The position numbers and the translations under genes were made by a program. The notes beneath the pieces were generated by a model, which worked only from the letters and a program-made list of their open reading frames with translations, had not been told where the DNA came from and did no database searches. A DNA stretch of 56,739 nt, filler included, from Dirinaria sp. TL-2023a (lineage: Eukaryota): assembly GCA_051941275.1 (NCBI GenBank). It is 2 parts of 2 records of this genome, joined end to end, with 100 filler letters (N's around TTAATTAATTAA, not from the genome) between each part and the next. Parts side by side here need not be neighbours in the genome. Positions count along the whole stretch, not along the records: positions 28,448 to 56,739 come from JAVEBF010000128.1; 1 more part is not named here. One strand, given 5' to 3'. Each line of letters begins with the position of its first letter. The first letter of the stretch is position 1. Shown here in pieces: positions 36,541 through 48,900 of the stretch.

Positions 36541-38411
36541 TCATGCGACTACTGTTTCGTGTACGCTACTGCCACTGGCTTTCTCCGCACTAGATTTCCT
36601 TGCCTTTTGCTTTTCTGCCCACTGCCTCGATGCAATTCTTCCTCGTTCGGCAGCTTCAGCCCTGGCTTTCTTGGCTGCTTCTTCTCTGTCTTTCTTCATC
36701 CTCTCTTGTTCCTCTTTGGCCGTCTGAGTCCGCTCGAAAACTTCCTTACCGCGAGTGGTATGAGGGGCATTCTTGCCATTGCTTCCAGTGCGCTGGAGAC
36801 CTGCCGCTGACGAAAACCGCGACGTGGTCCGGTCGAGCAATGACGAGCGAGCTGACGTGTACCCAGCGGCGGAAGACTTGCGCTTGGCCACCGTGAGGGA
36901 GGAATTGTGCTTGCTGGCTTCGGCAGGAGCTAGAGAGGTGGGACGCTTCACTGTAGCCGGCTTCGATCCGGAACCTGGTCGACGCGCGTCCTTGTTATCT
37001 GCGTCATCAGCCTTTGCAAGGCTGGTTCGTGAATTATTGATCGCCGTCGACTTTACGTTAGCTGCTTGACTAAGCCGGACACCTCGGGATTTGGGATCCT
37101 TCTTTCTCGAGTCCACTTCTGACTCTTGCTGTCTCAGACGTTCTTCTCGCTGCTCTTTCAATTTGCGCGCAATCCCTTCCCCTGGCAGCTCAAATGAGGA
37201 GCGAGTTGGTGGTTTCGTCGACCTTACTTTGGGTGCTTGGGCTCGGACAGATTGCTTGGGGGCAGTTCCCGCATTCTCCACCTGTTGCATTCGCTGCTCA
37301 CGCTGCTCTTTCAATTTGCGTGCCACGGCATCACCAGGGAGCTCGAAAGTTGAAATGGTCGGCGGCTTGCTTGATTTGACTGGTTGGAAGGGAGCTTTGT
37401 GGATGGAGCTGACTCGTTTGTTGCGTGGTCCGGTTAAAACAGACTTTTTTGATGGAGCTTGGCTTTGGCGTTCCGAGAGTCTACGATTGTCCACCCGAAC
37501 GTTCGGGGGTTTTTTCGCTGTAATTCTCCCAGACTTCTCAGTCAATTCCTCGCTAGCTTTGCTTTGCTTGCTCGGTTTCACTGGGGTTGCGGGAGCATTG
37601 ATGTTTGGAATCTGTTCCCCAATTTTCTCAATCTCCTCCTCGAAAGCGTCAATGGCATCCACGCAGTCTTCGATGCGCATAATGGGTTTCGCCGGAGACC
37701 TAGCCACAATATGTTCTTCGAAACTATCCTCCTTGATTGGAGATTGCTGCTCCGCCATGTGCGTATCAGTGTTTGGCTTTTCGACTACTTGGGAATGTGT
37801 TTTGTTCTGTGGTAGTGAGTCTGGGGTGGTCTTCGTTGGAGAATGAAAGTCGACCGCCTGGACAAATGAGTCGTCAATTATGTGTGCTCTTTGCTTATTT
37901 GGCTCGCCGCGTCCGGGTAAGGCAGATGCCCCAGCACCCCCGACTGCTTCAACGGCAGGTGTGGATGATCTCTCATGCTCATCTTGTATGATGACCTGCA
38001 AAGAGCCTAGTGCTCGCGTCAGTTCTGAATTACAAGTCCACCATACAGTCTGCAGGGCTCACTACATTCAGATCCACCGTTGACGAGAGTTTCACGAACA
38101 TCTTCTACGGCAGAAGTAGTCGAGCTTTGCTTATCATCCTCTAACACTTCCATGGACTTGTTAATCGCTTCGGAATGTCCGGTCCTCTTTGCGCCCTTCC
38201 GCTTCCGGCCCTTTGCAGGACCCTTCATTCTGGGTTGCTCGTCTTCGCAAATGATTGCCTCTGTCAATGGCTCCAGTGTGTTACCAGCAATTTCGCTCAG
38301 CGGTTCTCGATCTTGATGTGGTGTCGTAGGCAAAGGGACCGCGGCTGCGTCGTCCGTCGTTGAGAGAGCTGCGGCATTTGAGCGAAGCGCGGCGCGAGTA
38401 ATGCGCGGCAT
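36541..38411 (-). CDS. Conserved fungal protein with duplicated STKPPTxxxFELPGxxxARKLKEQRExR repeat (TPX2-like microtubule-associated candidate)
   Basis: MPRITRAALRS start, one intron near 38006-38061, RIEDCVDAIDAFEEEIE, two copies of the repeat, C-terminal helix EEAAKKARAEAAERGRIASRQWAEKQ. The function is inferred. Confidence 0.7.
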
Positions 38412-39415
38412 GGTGGATATGGATTTGAAGGGTAGACCGGTGGACAACTGGTGGACACTATTTTGCCAGTCAATATTCGAGGAAGAGTCGGCGCGAGGGG
38501 CGTGACACGAAGGTTTGTTTACATAGCAACAGCCGAGCCCGCCCTAACGATAGCGCAAAGTCGTGACACACGCGCTGAAAGTGGTGTCTAGCGCGTCGCG
38601 TTCAAGCCAGGGGGGGGGGCGGGGGTAAGGTGGTAATTAACCGCATGACGATAGACTGCTAGTCGACGATTGAACCGTTATTGTTAAGGTAGATAGGATA
38701 GTGGTTAATGCGTAGCAATTACTAAGAGTACCGAAAAAAGTTCTCACGCAAAAGAATCGAAATGAAGTGATATACTGAGCGAACAAGCACCCGTTTTTTC
38801 CAGGGCACGGGATCATGATGAGACGAAAACAAACGTTGCCGACCAGACGCTACATCGGGGTAGATTTGGAGGGAATGAATTCAATGCCTGTACTCAAGGT
38901 TTAGTCAGTGGAGGATGCTAATCCATTCGTTAACCACGGAGTCTACTGCCAATGGTCATAATACTTTCGATGATGGTGCTAAACAGGCCGGAGCTTGCTT
39001 TCTCACAATACTACTCTCTCATCTCGAAAGTGCTCCTCCGAATCGAGGTCAATTGAAGATGCCTAGGATTAGTCCTCGTGTGAACTTCATGGAGCTTGAC
39101 GACCCATGCGCTAGTATCCAACTACAGTTGGGGAGTATTATTTTATCTTCGTTCGAAGCCTCTGAGGTATCCCTCAAGAATGGCTGAATGGTAAATGTAG
39201 TAGCTAAGTTCGAATTCGACTGGCTCACATTCCACCCATCTGATTGGCGCTCTTCCTCATTTTGTCCATGGCCTGAGCGACTCAATTTTCATGCAACATC
39301 ATCAATGAGCATAGTGTCTTCAGCACCACCTCAAAACACTTCAACATATATCGTAGCATCATACATGACCCACGAGCCGAGTCGCAGACGCGATATCAGA
39401 CTTAGTAGGCATCTA

Positions 39416-39949
39416 TCACTTCCCATCCTGGTCTGGCTGGTACTCCGGTTGCTGCGGATCGACAGGAATTCGAACAAGTGTCTGTGGTAATATAACCCTA
39501 GGTATAGAGTCTGTTCTTCCTTCAGCCACTTGATCTTCGGCCGGAGGCTTCGGTACTATCACTGAGGCTTATAAGCCAAGATACAGATATCGTGCTCGAT
39601 ACAAGTGGTACCTGAGGCCATTTTGATTGCTCGAAGCACATTGTGCCAGTTGGATAAGACAGCTGCTACGGCTGTTGAATCCACAACGTTAGCACTTTCC
39701 ACTAGGAGTGTGGACGAATTCACCTTCAGTCCCATTGGACAAAGTCGATATCTTCTGCTCTAGTGTTTGCATCTGCATAGCTAAGCCGCTGCTGAGGTCA
39801 CGGAGCCTCTTAAGGTTTTCAAGTTCGGCTCTTTTCTCGTTAATGCGTGCCACCAGCATCGGTGAAGGGTTGGTAGAAGAAGTCTGCGCACCTCCCAACG
39901 AAGGGTGCCGCAGGCTACTAGATGGTAAAGGCTTATTCTGGTAAGCCAT
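39416..39949 (-). CDS. DAD2: DASH/Dam1 complex subunit Dad2
   Basis: RINEKRAELENLKRLRDLS..L..Q..TLEQK..TL.NGTE|AVAAVLSNWHNVLRAIKMAS|..LPQTLVRIP; two introns. Confidence 0.9.
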
Positions 39950-40095
39950 AGCGTTTGAGAAATGTCCGAATTTAGACCTTTTGCATAGTATCTTCTTGGT
40001 CTACCTCATGTAATTGTAGCGCGGGGTCCGCGCTAACCAGTTTTAGGGCAGCCTCGGCTAATGCTTAAGGTAAGGTAAGGTAGGCAACAAAATTT

Positions 40096-40129
40096 TTGTT
40101 TACACTAAACCCTCACAGGTCGTAAACAA
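40096..40129. promoter_or_regulatory. Pair of inverted forkhead-type sites in the DAD2/SGO1 bidirectional promoter
   Basis: TTGTTTAC (40096-40103) and GTAAACAA (40122-40129) within the 230 bp separating the two ATGs. Confidence 0.6.
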
Positions 40130-40179
40130 TCGGAAAACGTCTCACTTACTATCTGGTACACACATTTTCCAAATGCTTT

Positions 40180-42602
40180 ATGGCGCGATTGAACGATGCT
40201 TCAGCAGCAGCAGAGTCTGTGGACGCTTGTCAGCTGTTCTGCCTTCCTCTGATTGGGCCTATCTGACATTGTAAAGTGAAACGCCGTTTTGTCCGCCAAA
40301 ACCGTGAGCTTGCAAGGTACGACGATTAGTTATTGCTTGTCCAGAGTCACGTCTAAATGACCTTAGGATCAATTCAAACCAGTCTGTTCGAATTCGAAAC
40401 CTTGAGAACGAAATATCACGTCTACTGTCAGAAAATATTGCATACAGAGAGCGCGTAATAAAGCTGCAGCACGAGGTTGACAGGAGCCCGGGCTTGGAGG
40501 CAAGGGAGAGCATCACAACATTCAGATCACAGCTGGAATCGAAATTAGCAAACTTGACTGAGCTGGTCCAAGAGCTTGGAAAAGTACAGGAGAGCCTGGA
40601 GCCTCGGAAAGTCTCGTGCAGAAGATCTATGCCCCAAAATTCTCCTAAAAGGTCCCCAGATCAAAGGAATTGGAAGAATAGTCTTTGTCTTTCCGAAGTG
40701 CCAGGTGTGGTGGGTGGCCGCTTGCCGCCAATCGTGGAGGACAAATACTACCCTAGGCAAACTCTAGAGTACGATCCTACATTCGATCAACTTGACCTGT
40801 GACTAAAACACGGACAGAAGCGAAGAATTGCACGATCTTCTAAACGCTACCAATGCAGTGGGCTCGCCAGATCTAGGCCCGCCGCCTGTAGTGTCATGGC
40901 AAGATTCAGATTCGGTGAAAAATGAGTCTGTGTCCACCTCACCAGTGAGAGAAAGGGACGCCGGAAGTGCGGACCATCAAAAGCTACCATTGCTCGCGAA
41001 CTTGGAGACACGAAAGAAACGAAGGGAAAGCACGCAGCACTCGGCATCTGAACGTTCTATGCCGCGAGACTTCCAGTCAACCCAGCGGCTGCAGCCAAGC
41101 GAAGTTTCCACTCAACCCTTGAAAGCTGGGGCGAAGCGGAAGCTCAATGCCCGAGACGACCAGACAAAAAATGAATCGATCAACGCACTGAAGGAAAATT
41201 GCGTCTTAGATCCCAAAACGGAGGCTCAAATCTTAGACGCGGATCAGCCGACAGTTGCTAATACCGACGATTTGTTATGTCTCGATACATCTCGAAGCCG
41301 AGCACGAGGCACCGGCGGATCTCGTGAAAAGGACAACGAAAGCCTGCCAGCTATCACGGACAAACCGCGGCAAGTGCTGGCGCCGAGTAAGCTGCTTTTA
41401 TGCATGTTACCAGATAGGAGTGGACTAATACGAGCCCAGAAAGCGTTAACGCCGACCCGTTGCAATCGCCGGCCAAGGCGAAAAAAGCAGTTGTGGATGA
41501 CAAAGTTTCGGATGGTAAGCATAGCACAAATGGCAAGCCTAGAGATCGGAATCGATCGATCGAAAGGCCGCTAAATCGCAAGCACGAACGTCGGCGGGAT
41601 GACACTCATGAACAAGTCCAAAGTCCGGGGAAGGTGGCAGACGAGGCCTCTGAAACCCCTGCAGCCACTCCACGAGATCATGCGTTGCCTCAATCTGAGC
41701 CCTCAGCTGTTCGGCCAGGCTCGCGAGACACGCCGCCGCCACCAGATCTGAATCACGAAACATCAGCTGCGAAAGCTTTCGAGCTGGCGGGCAGAGCTAC
41801 GCGCCGCCCTCGTGGCACGGTCAGCTACGCCGAACCAAGCCTGCGAGACAAGATGCGCAGGCCAACTAAGGAACTGGTTGACGCTGTCGGGGCGGACGAT
41901 CGGCCGCAGATAATCAAAGTGCAACAAAAGCCTACGGAGTCTGGATACGACACGATGCAAAGGATGATTGTGAAGCAAGAAAACCTTGGCGATGATGAAA
42001 ATTGGAAAACTCTGCCAATCGCCACCAAACGCGAAAGTCAGAAATTCATGGAAACCGAGCCGACGAGTCCTCGGACTAGCAAATCAAATCCTATGGAAGG
42101 TCACCCTCCAATGCCAGTTGCTGGTCACCCAGAAGAATGCTCAATGAGCATTGAGCGCAGCGAACGGACTGCCAGAGCAGTCTCGAACGCTGGATCGACT
42201 ATCGCAGCGCTCGTATCAGGTACACACAACGTGAAGAAGCGAGAGGACAAAGCAGCGATGAAAACGAAGGAATCCAAAGATATCTTTGAACTACGTAGTA
42301 GCTCGCCAAATGAGACCACGATGGCTGTGGCCACAATGACTGGACCCATTCGAGGATCTCGCCGTCATTCCAGTATCTCGGCCAATGTGGATGCCAAAAC
42401 TAGAGTGACGGGCTCGGATGGCCCTGCATCGAGGAGAGGCGAGCGTAGAAGGGAAAGCACCAGGCCCGCCTCAACGGGGCCGCGAGAGGGCGAGTACGGA
42501 GTCAGCGAACTGAAGAGTATTAGCAGTGTGGCAGATCTGGTCGAGACTGGGATGACCAGGGCGGAGCGGGCAGCAAGCCGGAGGAAGAGTATGATGCTGT
42601 AA
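40180..42602 (+). CDS. SGO1: Shugoshin
   Basis: N-terminal coiled coil MARLN..|LKRRFVRQNRELAR|INSNQSVRIRNLENEISRLLSEN; C-terminal SGO motif RRPRGTVSYAEPSLRDKMRRP; ends RRKSMML; four introns. Confidence 0.93.
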
Positions 42603-42783
42603 TGCTGCATTGGAATATGGCGTTCTGAAACAATGAACGCTGCAGCGGGGTACTGGGGTGGGCATCCATTATTCTACGAAGGACACGTAGCGCCGGTTGG
42701 ATCCACCGAATTGTTGTGGCAATCCGGTCATTCGACGTTCCATGGCGCTTATCTTGGACGTTAATACCATCGAATGAGCATCC

Positions 42784-42815
42784 AGTAGTAGTAGTAGTAG
42801 TAGCAGTAGTAGTAG
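42784..42815 (+). repeat. (GTA)n microsatellite
   Basis: About 10 AGT units with one interruption, downstream of SGO1. Confidence 0.8.
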
Positions 42816-45452
42816 CTGAGTCCACCCAGAGCGCACGTTAAGGAAATACGGTCGGCTAGATGCCTCCAAAACGTCAAGTACGAGGACAATGCCTCATCAA
42901 TGAACGAGTTTGGGGTGAAGGTGCACATTAGCAGTCAGGATATTGCGAAGGTAGATGGCAACGTGGATGGAGCGAGCAGATGTCCTTTGGACTGTTTCGC
43001 TCGGGGCCAGAAGTTGTTCATGGATACTGATTTTAGATCATCAAGTATCGCTCCTTGCTCTGCTGATGTAAAGTATCAACTCGAGGTGTGTGCGTGTAAG
43101 TGAGTATGCACACTAAGGTATGACCAAGTCCCGAAATCCAGATGCATTCTTCACAAAACCACTTGGCCTTTTCGGTTCACCCGTGCAGCCAAGCTAAAGT
43201 TCGCTGCCAGAGTGCCAGTGCCTAGAGGTAAGGTAAGTACTGTAAGGTAAGGTGCTACTCCAAGTACTAAGGTAGGAGCGGACATAGCATAATGTATATT
43301 ACTTCCGCTGCCATTTACCTTATCGTTCCATGAGACTTTTAGTGTATCTCGACTTACTTTATGCACTTCACTCCTTCTGGCGCTATGATACAGAGCCAAA
43401 GGTGGAGAGACCAATCCTTCCTAACGCCATGGGCCGTGTACGTAGACTCGGTACCTACAAGGTAAGGGAAGGTACTTCAGTCGATACCTGACCATCGGAG
43501 ATGCCTCGGGCACTACCTACCTTAAGTTCTTCTTACAACACCTAATGTAGGTAGTGCTCCGGGTTTTTTTACTTTCGGATCAAACCCCGCAAGTACTTCG
43601 TGAACAGGTACTTTTGTAAACTCAGTACTTGAGTTTGATCAGGGTGGCAAGAATAATGAACAGAATTTGGCTGCTGATGCATGTAAGCTCTCACCCGGTT
43701 GCAGATCCGTCGTGCCTCGGTTCATTATACGACATCCCACACGGTGTTCAGTGCAACATGACGCAGCGCACCCCCCGGTAGCAGCGCTCTCTTCGCATTG
43801 CGTGGCATGCAGTAGAGTCATTCGGTGGGCCACAAGCCCACAACAGCGTGGCTCGACGTGGGTCGGCTGTTACAACGCTTGAAGTGGTGGAGACGATTCT
43901 GCAAGCGTCTCATTACGATCCGGAGTCCAGAATTGTTGGGGAAGGGAAAGGGAGCTGACTGCATCCAAGCGCTCGGTGCCTGGGCTAAGGCTGCAGGCAC
44001 ATGCATCAAGAACCGTTGTTATTGCTTTGCGAGTTGCGAACCCCCTGCTCTGTTTCGACAAGCCGATAGCTCTTGCGGACGTGACTCGTCCTACTAGGCC
44101 AAGGTACGGAGTTTTAAGGTACTGTACTACTAAATAAGGTACCTTGCCTTACGGTTACCTCATGATCTTCAATCATATTGTGGAAGGGGAAAAAGCAGTA
44201 AAGCTCATTACTACCGTAGTCTGGTGGCTAAAAAGTGTGAGCGCGAAGCGGCCCGCTTCTCATCCATCTGGCTCATCTGCCGGTTCCAGATCTGGCGCTT
44301 TGCTGTTTGGAGACACGGCCGAATGATCGGACTAGATTGGCTTGCACTAAAGTACGGAGTAGAAATGGTTTCTTCTCAGATCCTGTGGATCCTGCGCGAT
44401 AGAAACCGATCGAGCCATAAGCCAGCCAATGTCTGCCTTGGATGTAGGGGCAGAAGGAAGAATATCTCCGAGCATGACCACAGCCTAGCCGCTAGATCGG
44501 GCAAGACACCACTATCCACAACGATGCGGCAAGCTAAGCTTATCTGATCCTCAGGTTAGCAAGTCTGCGCCAATTGGAAGCCAGGGTAGATAAAGGGGGG
44601 GGAAATGTGGCATTCAAGTAGGTCGGTCTCTCATCAGAATTTTACTTGTCTGCGTAGCGTGGTATTAGACTGCGCGATCGGAAAGCGTAACGGTGAGCGT
44701 AAAACGTCCACGTCTGTCCGGCGATCCGTTGCCCTGTCTGCCATCGATCTGTTTCCCGCAGCTTTCCTTTCAGTTGTCCTTTCATCGTTCAGAACAGCAA
44801 ATGTGAGCTGAATGTGCAGATCTTAAGATGTGAGAGCTCCTGCTAGTTACAGCGTTACAGCACAATCAAGCTTATTCGATCTTGATTTCGTTTGTTGCGT
44901 AGGGACTGAGTCTGCTGGGAACAGATGCGGTTTCTGGAGAAAAGACCGTTGAAAGCATTTAGATCATCAACAGCAGCTATCTCTCGTAATTCGAGTTGAG
45001 TGGATCTCATCAGTGACTTGTACATAAGCACCTTTTATCGTAGGATCATTCACACCATGGAGTATGTACATAATAGCCTCGAAAAAACATGCTCAACCGA
45101 TGAGCTTCGCTCATCACCATTTTAAAAACTTCTTGCCCGAAACGCTGATATGCCCTTGTGCTGAACCATTGGCCAAATTGTAAGTTGCGAACGCCGCTTG
45201 TGAATGTAGCATTTGCGTGCCGCTCCAAGAAACCTAGATGCAAGGAACTCCCCACAAGCCCGATAGGGCGCTTTTGTACAATGCTTAGAAATCCATGTGT
45301 TTTTTGTTATTACACTTGAAAGATGTGAGCTGGAGTGAAGACCTGAAGGCATCCTGGGTGACAGAGCACTCCTGCCTAACTTGCTTCGACGAGTGTGGGT
45401 AGCGCGCGGTCGTGTTCCGGAGACGGTCGGAAGCAGGATCGAATGCCATGGT

Positions 45453-45950
45453 CTAAGGGGAGGCCATCTGCCTCCGCCAGTTCCGGATAAGATCAAATGA
45501 GTTCGCATAACTGCGAAGCTCCGTGCGAGCCTGAACTGATAATGGACACTCAAGCGGCGAATTGCTGGCAACAGAGCCTAACGAAGAGCGAGAGGATGAC
45601 GGTGTCAAACTTCGACTGGATGGGTGTGAAGGCAAGGAGAAGGTCGAAGTTGAAAATTGGGTTGTTGCTCGAGCGGAAGTTCTTTGATTATTCTCCCGAG
45701 AGGAAACAATAGTTGTTCGATGAGCCGCAAAGTCGTAGGCGGGTTCAAGTTGAAGACCAGGACTACGCCTGGGCATCGTCGACTGAGGATCAGAGGAAAA
45801 TTCAAGGTTTCTTGGTGACTCTGGTTCTGATGAACAGGGCGATCTATCGAGATCGGCGAGACGGCAACTTTGGCAGCAGTATGCCTCTCCCGAAGTCTGT
45901 TTGTCGCAGGCCAGACAGTAGTCAAGAGACCAATCTAACTCCACCGTCAT
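45453..45950 (-). CDS. ECL1: Ecl1/2/3-family chronological lifespan regulator (4-Cys zinc-binding)
   Basis: WSLDYCLACDKQTSGEAYCCQSCRLAD, then Ser-rich region with LTPSSSRSSL and ELRSYANSFD. Confidence 0.8.
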   Translation of the reverse strand: MTVELDWSLDYCLACDKQTSGEAYCCQSCRLADLDRSPCSSEPESPRNLEFSSDPQSTMPRRSPGLQLEPAYDFAAHRTTIVSSRENNQRTSARATTQFSTSTFSLPSHPSSRSLTPSSSRSSLGSVASNSPLECPLSVQARTELRSYANSFDLIRNWRRQMASP

Positions 45951-48900
45951 GTTGTTTGTGAATTTGACTTGGGGGATAGACGAGTGGGAATACTGAATGA
46001 AGAACTTCTGTGGCGGGATGAACTTGAGTACGATTCGGATAGGTGGAGTCAAGATGTCAAAGGAAGGTTATGTCCAACTTTTAAGATGCTCCCGGCGCTG
46101 AGGATGTGGTGGATGAGAGGCCAGTGAATGCAGTGACGGAGCTCGTGACAGAGGTGCGAAGAAAAGAGGCGGGGGGAGGGTGGGTCATGTATTTGCACGA
46201 GACAAGAATTACAGAACCCTAGTCAGTGCTGAGGAATGGGAGAGGTACAAGAATCCAAGTGGTGAGTCGAAGGCATGAAAGACAGGGTGTTTTACGAGGC
46301 GGCGGCAGACCTGTATATTATTCTGGTGTTTCTCGCATGCAGGCACGCTGGAACGCAGGCTTGCAGAACAGCACTTAACGAAGGGCAGTTTGCGATAGTG
46401 CAGGTTCGACCCCCGAATAATCTCCCTGGCAAATGAGGATTTGGAACGAGATGCAGCAGTGCAGATCGAAAGCTGCCGCGCCATTGAGCAAGCGCATGTT
46501 CGACCAGGCGGTTTTGGGACAAGCAACAACCTGAAGGAGTCTGCTGCAGGACTGCAGGCGGGGTTGGGATTGCTCTAGTGGTCGGTTAGAGTGGAAACTG
46601 GAAAGGGAAGGGCGAGGAGAGATGCATCCTTCAGAAAAAGGTCATGGCACTAAGGTACTGATGTGCACGCTTGCTCGGCTTGCGCCATCGCTCTTCCACC
46701 TTAGGGCTGTTTTTCGCTTGCTAGTTGCTGTTAGTTTGTAGCGCAGTGATGTGCTTTTGCGTCTTGACTTTCTCCCGTGGCGCAATACTAATTTGTCGCT
46801 TGGCCAGCCTGGGCCCCGTGTGGGGGACAATCTGACAATCCGACCACTTGCCATCGGATGACTTGCACGAGAAACCCTGCCGCTAGACTTGTCAATCCCC
46901 CAGCCAAAAAAAAAAATGCAGTCGAATTTTGCCCACACACAACCCCCCCCCCTCCTTTTTCCCGACCCATTAGGTGGTCACTCCTTGTTCGATAGAGTAA
47001 GGTGTGTACCGAGTACGCTTCGTGCTGGATGTCGATTGCAAGAATGGGTTTCTACGAGTCTTCATTCAGACTGACCTGTAGTACACTCTTCGAGAGCTGC
47101 GCTCCCTGTCCCTCATAAGCAGCTTGCTTTGGCCTTTTGCCGTGGGCCCAAGCTCTCCACAGCAGCCAGGCGTCAATCGCAACTCACAAGGGAAACCATT
47201 TCGAAGAATGATGCCATGACCACTGCTGTATTATTCTGGATGCGTTACAGTAGTACCTTACAGAGGAGTCAGAGGACGGAGTACCTTAGCTGATGCTCGG
47301 CAGAGTTTAGCTTGCGACAGCGCTTGATTTGCAACAGGGATTATTGAAAAGGGGGACAATAAGACGGGAAGCATTCGGACAATTTATTACTGCTCCCGTT
47401 ATTCCCGCACACGCACATAGGTATCGACGTTTACTACGCCTCCGTGCTAGAGGACCTTCAATCATGTACAATGGAACCATGAATCAAAGGCTTGGTAGCA
47501 TAAGCTACAGTAGCTTGGAATTCCCACGGACGGTCTAGTACGCCAATCACAGCATGTCCAGAGGTCACAGTTCACACTCCGTGCTTGGAATGATTGGCAG
47601 ACACGGCTTCCTGCATCAAGCGATTCTTTGCTCCCATTGTTGGACGAGCTTCTCTCGGCTCTTCACATGCAAATAGCTTACCCAAAGATCTACTTCGAAG
47701 TACTTTGTTCGAAGCAAAATCGAATTAGTACATTAGAATATAACGGCTCAAGAAGGGTCGCTCCTCTTTGATCTTATGGTTGATACACACGTCCCTGTAG
47801 ATGTAGATTCTTGAAGTGACGGAATCAGTCGCTTACCGCCCGTTATTTCGGCAATCAGCAGACTGAACGATCTGTTAGAATGGGATTGCGTGGGGAAGAA
47901 GAGTTTCGGGATCTATAGTCTCTGAATGTTGAAGAAGCGGGCAGTAGGCGACCAAAACTCGGGTAGGATAAGAACTCGTTAAGGTTCTGGCAGGTCCTGG
48001 GTGACGCGGGTAGGGTGGATAAAAGTACCTACTACTCCGTAGTCCGTACTGTGCTCGGTACTTACTCCGTCCACTTGTGTGCGTACCTTATGTAAACTTG
48101 GCTGGTTTAGACTTCGGAATAGATTCGGTTGAGTGACTGACATCCCACCATCCCTGCTTCTAACGGGAATTATTAAGGCTGTTTTCATCTATGAGGTCTG
48201 TGCGGAGCCTAGTCGAATCGAGCGTCTGACAGCTTGCTCGAAGTTTTATTATCAAGGTACTTCACTTAGAGTAATAATGTATAGAGTAGAGTCCTGCTAC
48301 CTACTTCAACGACTCAGCTCGAGCGGCGTCGAGCGCGACCGGTGCTGACCAGCTACCACTATAGGAATGGGTGTAGACAGCCGGCTCACCAGGGCGTTTT
48401 TTGATGTTTCCTGCTGAGCGTAGAACACCTTAGATCCATCAAGGGAGCGCTCCTTTTCCCATGTGCTTACGCTTTCAAGTCCTCAGGCACGGAGGAAGCA
48501 TCAGTGTCGATCACAGTCAATTTTTTCGCACCCCTCTCAATTGCCACAATTCAACGTAAAGTACTTATCACGACATGGTAATTCGACCACAATAATGGGA
48601 GGGCAGTGATCCATTTATTGGATTGGTTCATGTACCCAAACGCTTTAGGCAAAACAAGGGTCCATTTGTTGCGCATCTGCCATAAACTTCTGGTAAAAAC
48701 CCCGTTTCAAGCAGTTCTAAGGTACCCTGGTCTTTTAGCGTACTGCGCTCGGACCTCCGGACTCATCGATGGCCGAGTAGTTAGAAAGAAGTCAAGAGCT
48801 GTCTTGTTTCAGTTGCATCGTTTCTATTTTCGCTCAGGTGCATTAGCAGTTCCTGTCAAACCCTTTTTGATATTCGACTGGCTGAGCCGACAGGAGTAAA

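Noticed and set aside
46384..46430. GGTTCGA T-loop-like word suggesting a tRNA
   Set aside because: No cloverleaf or acceptor stem can be formed.
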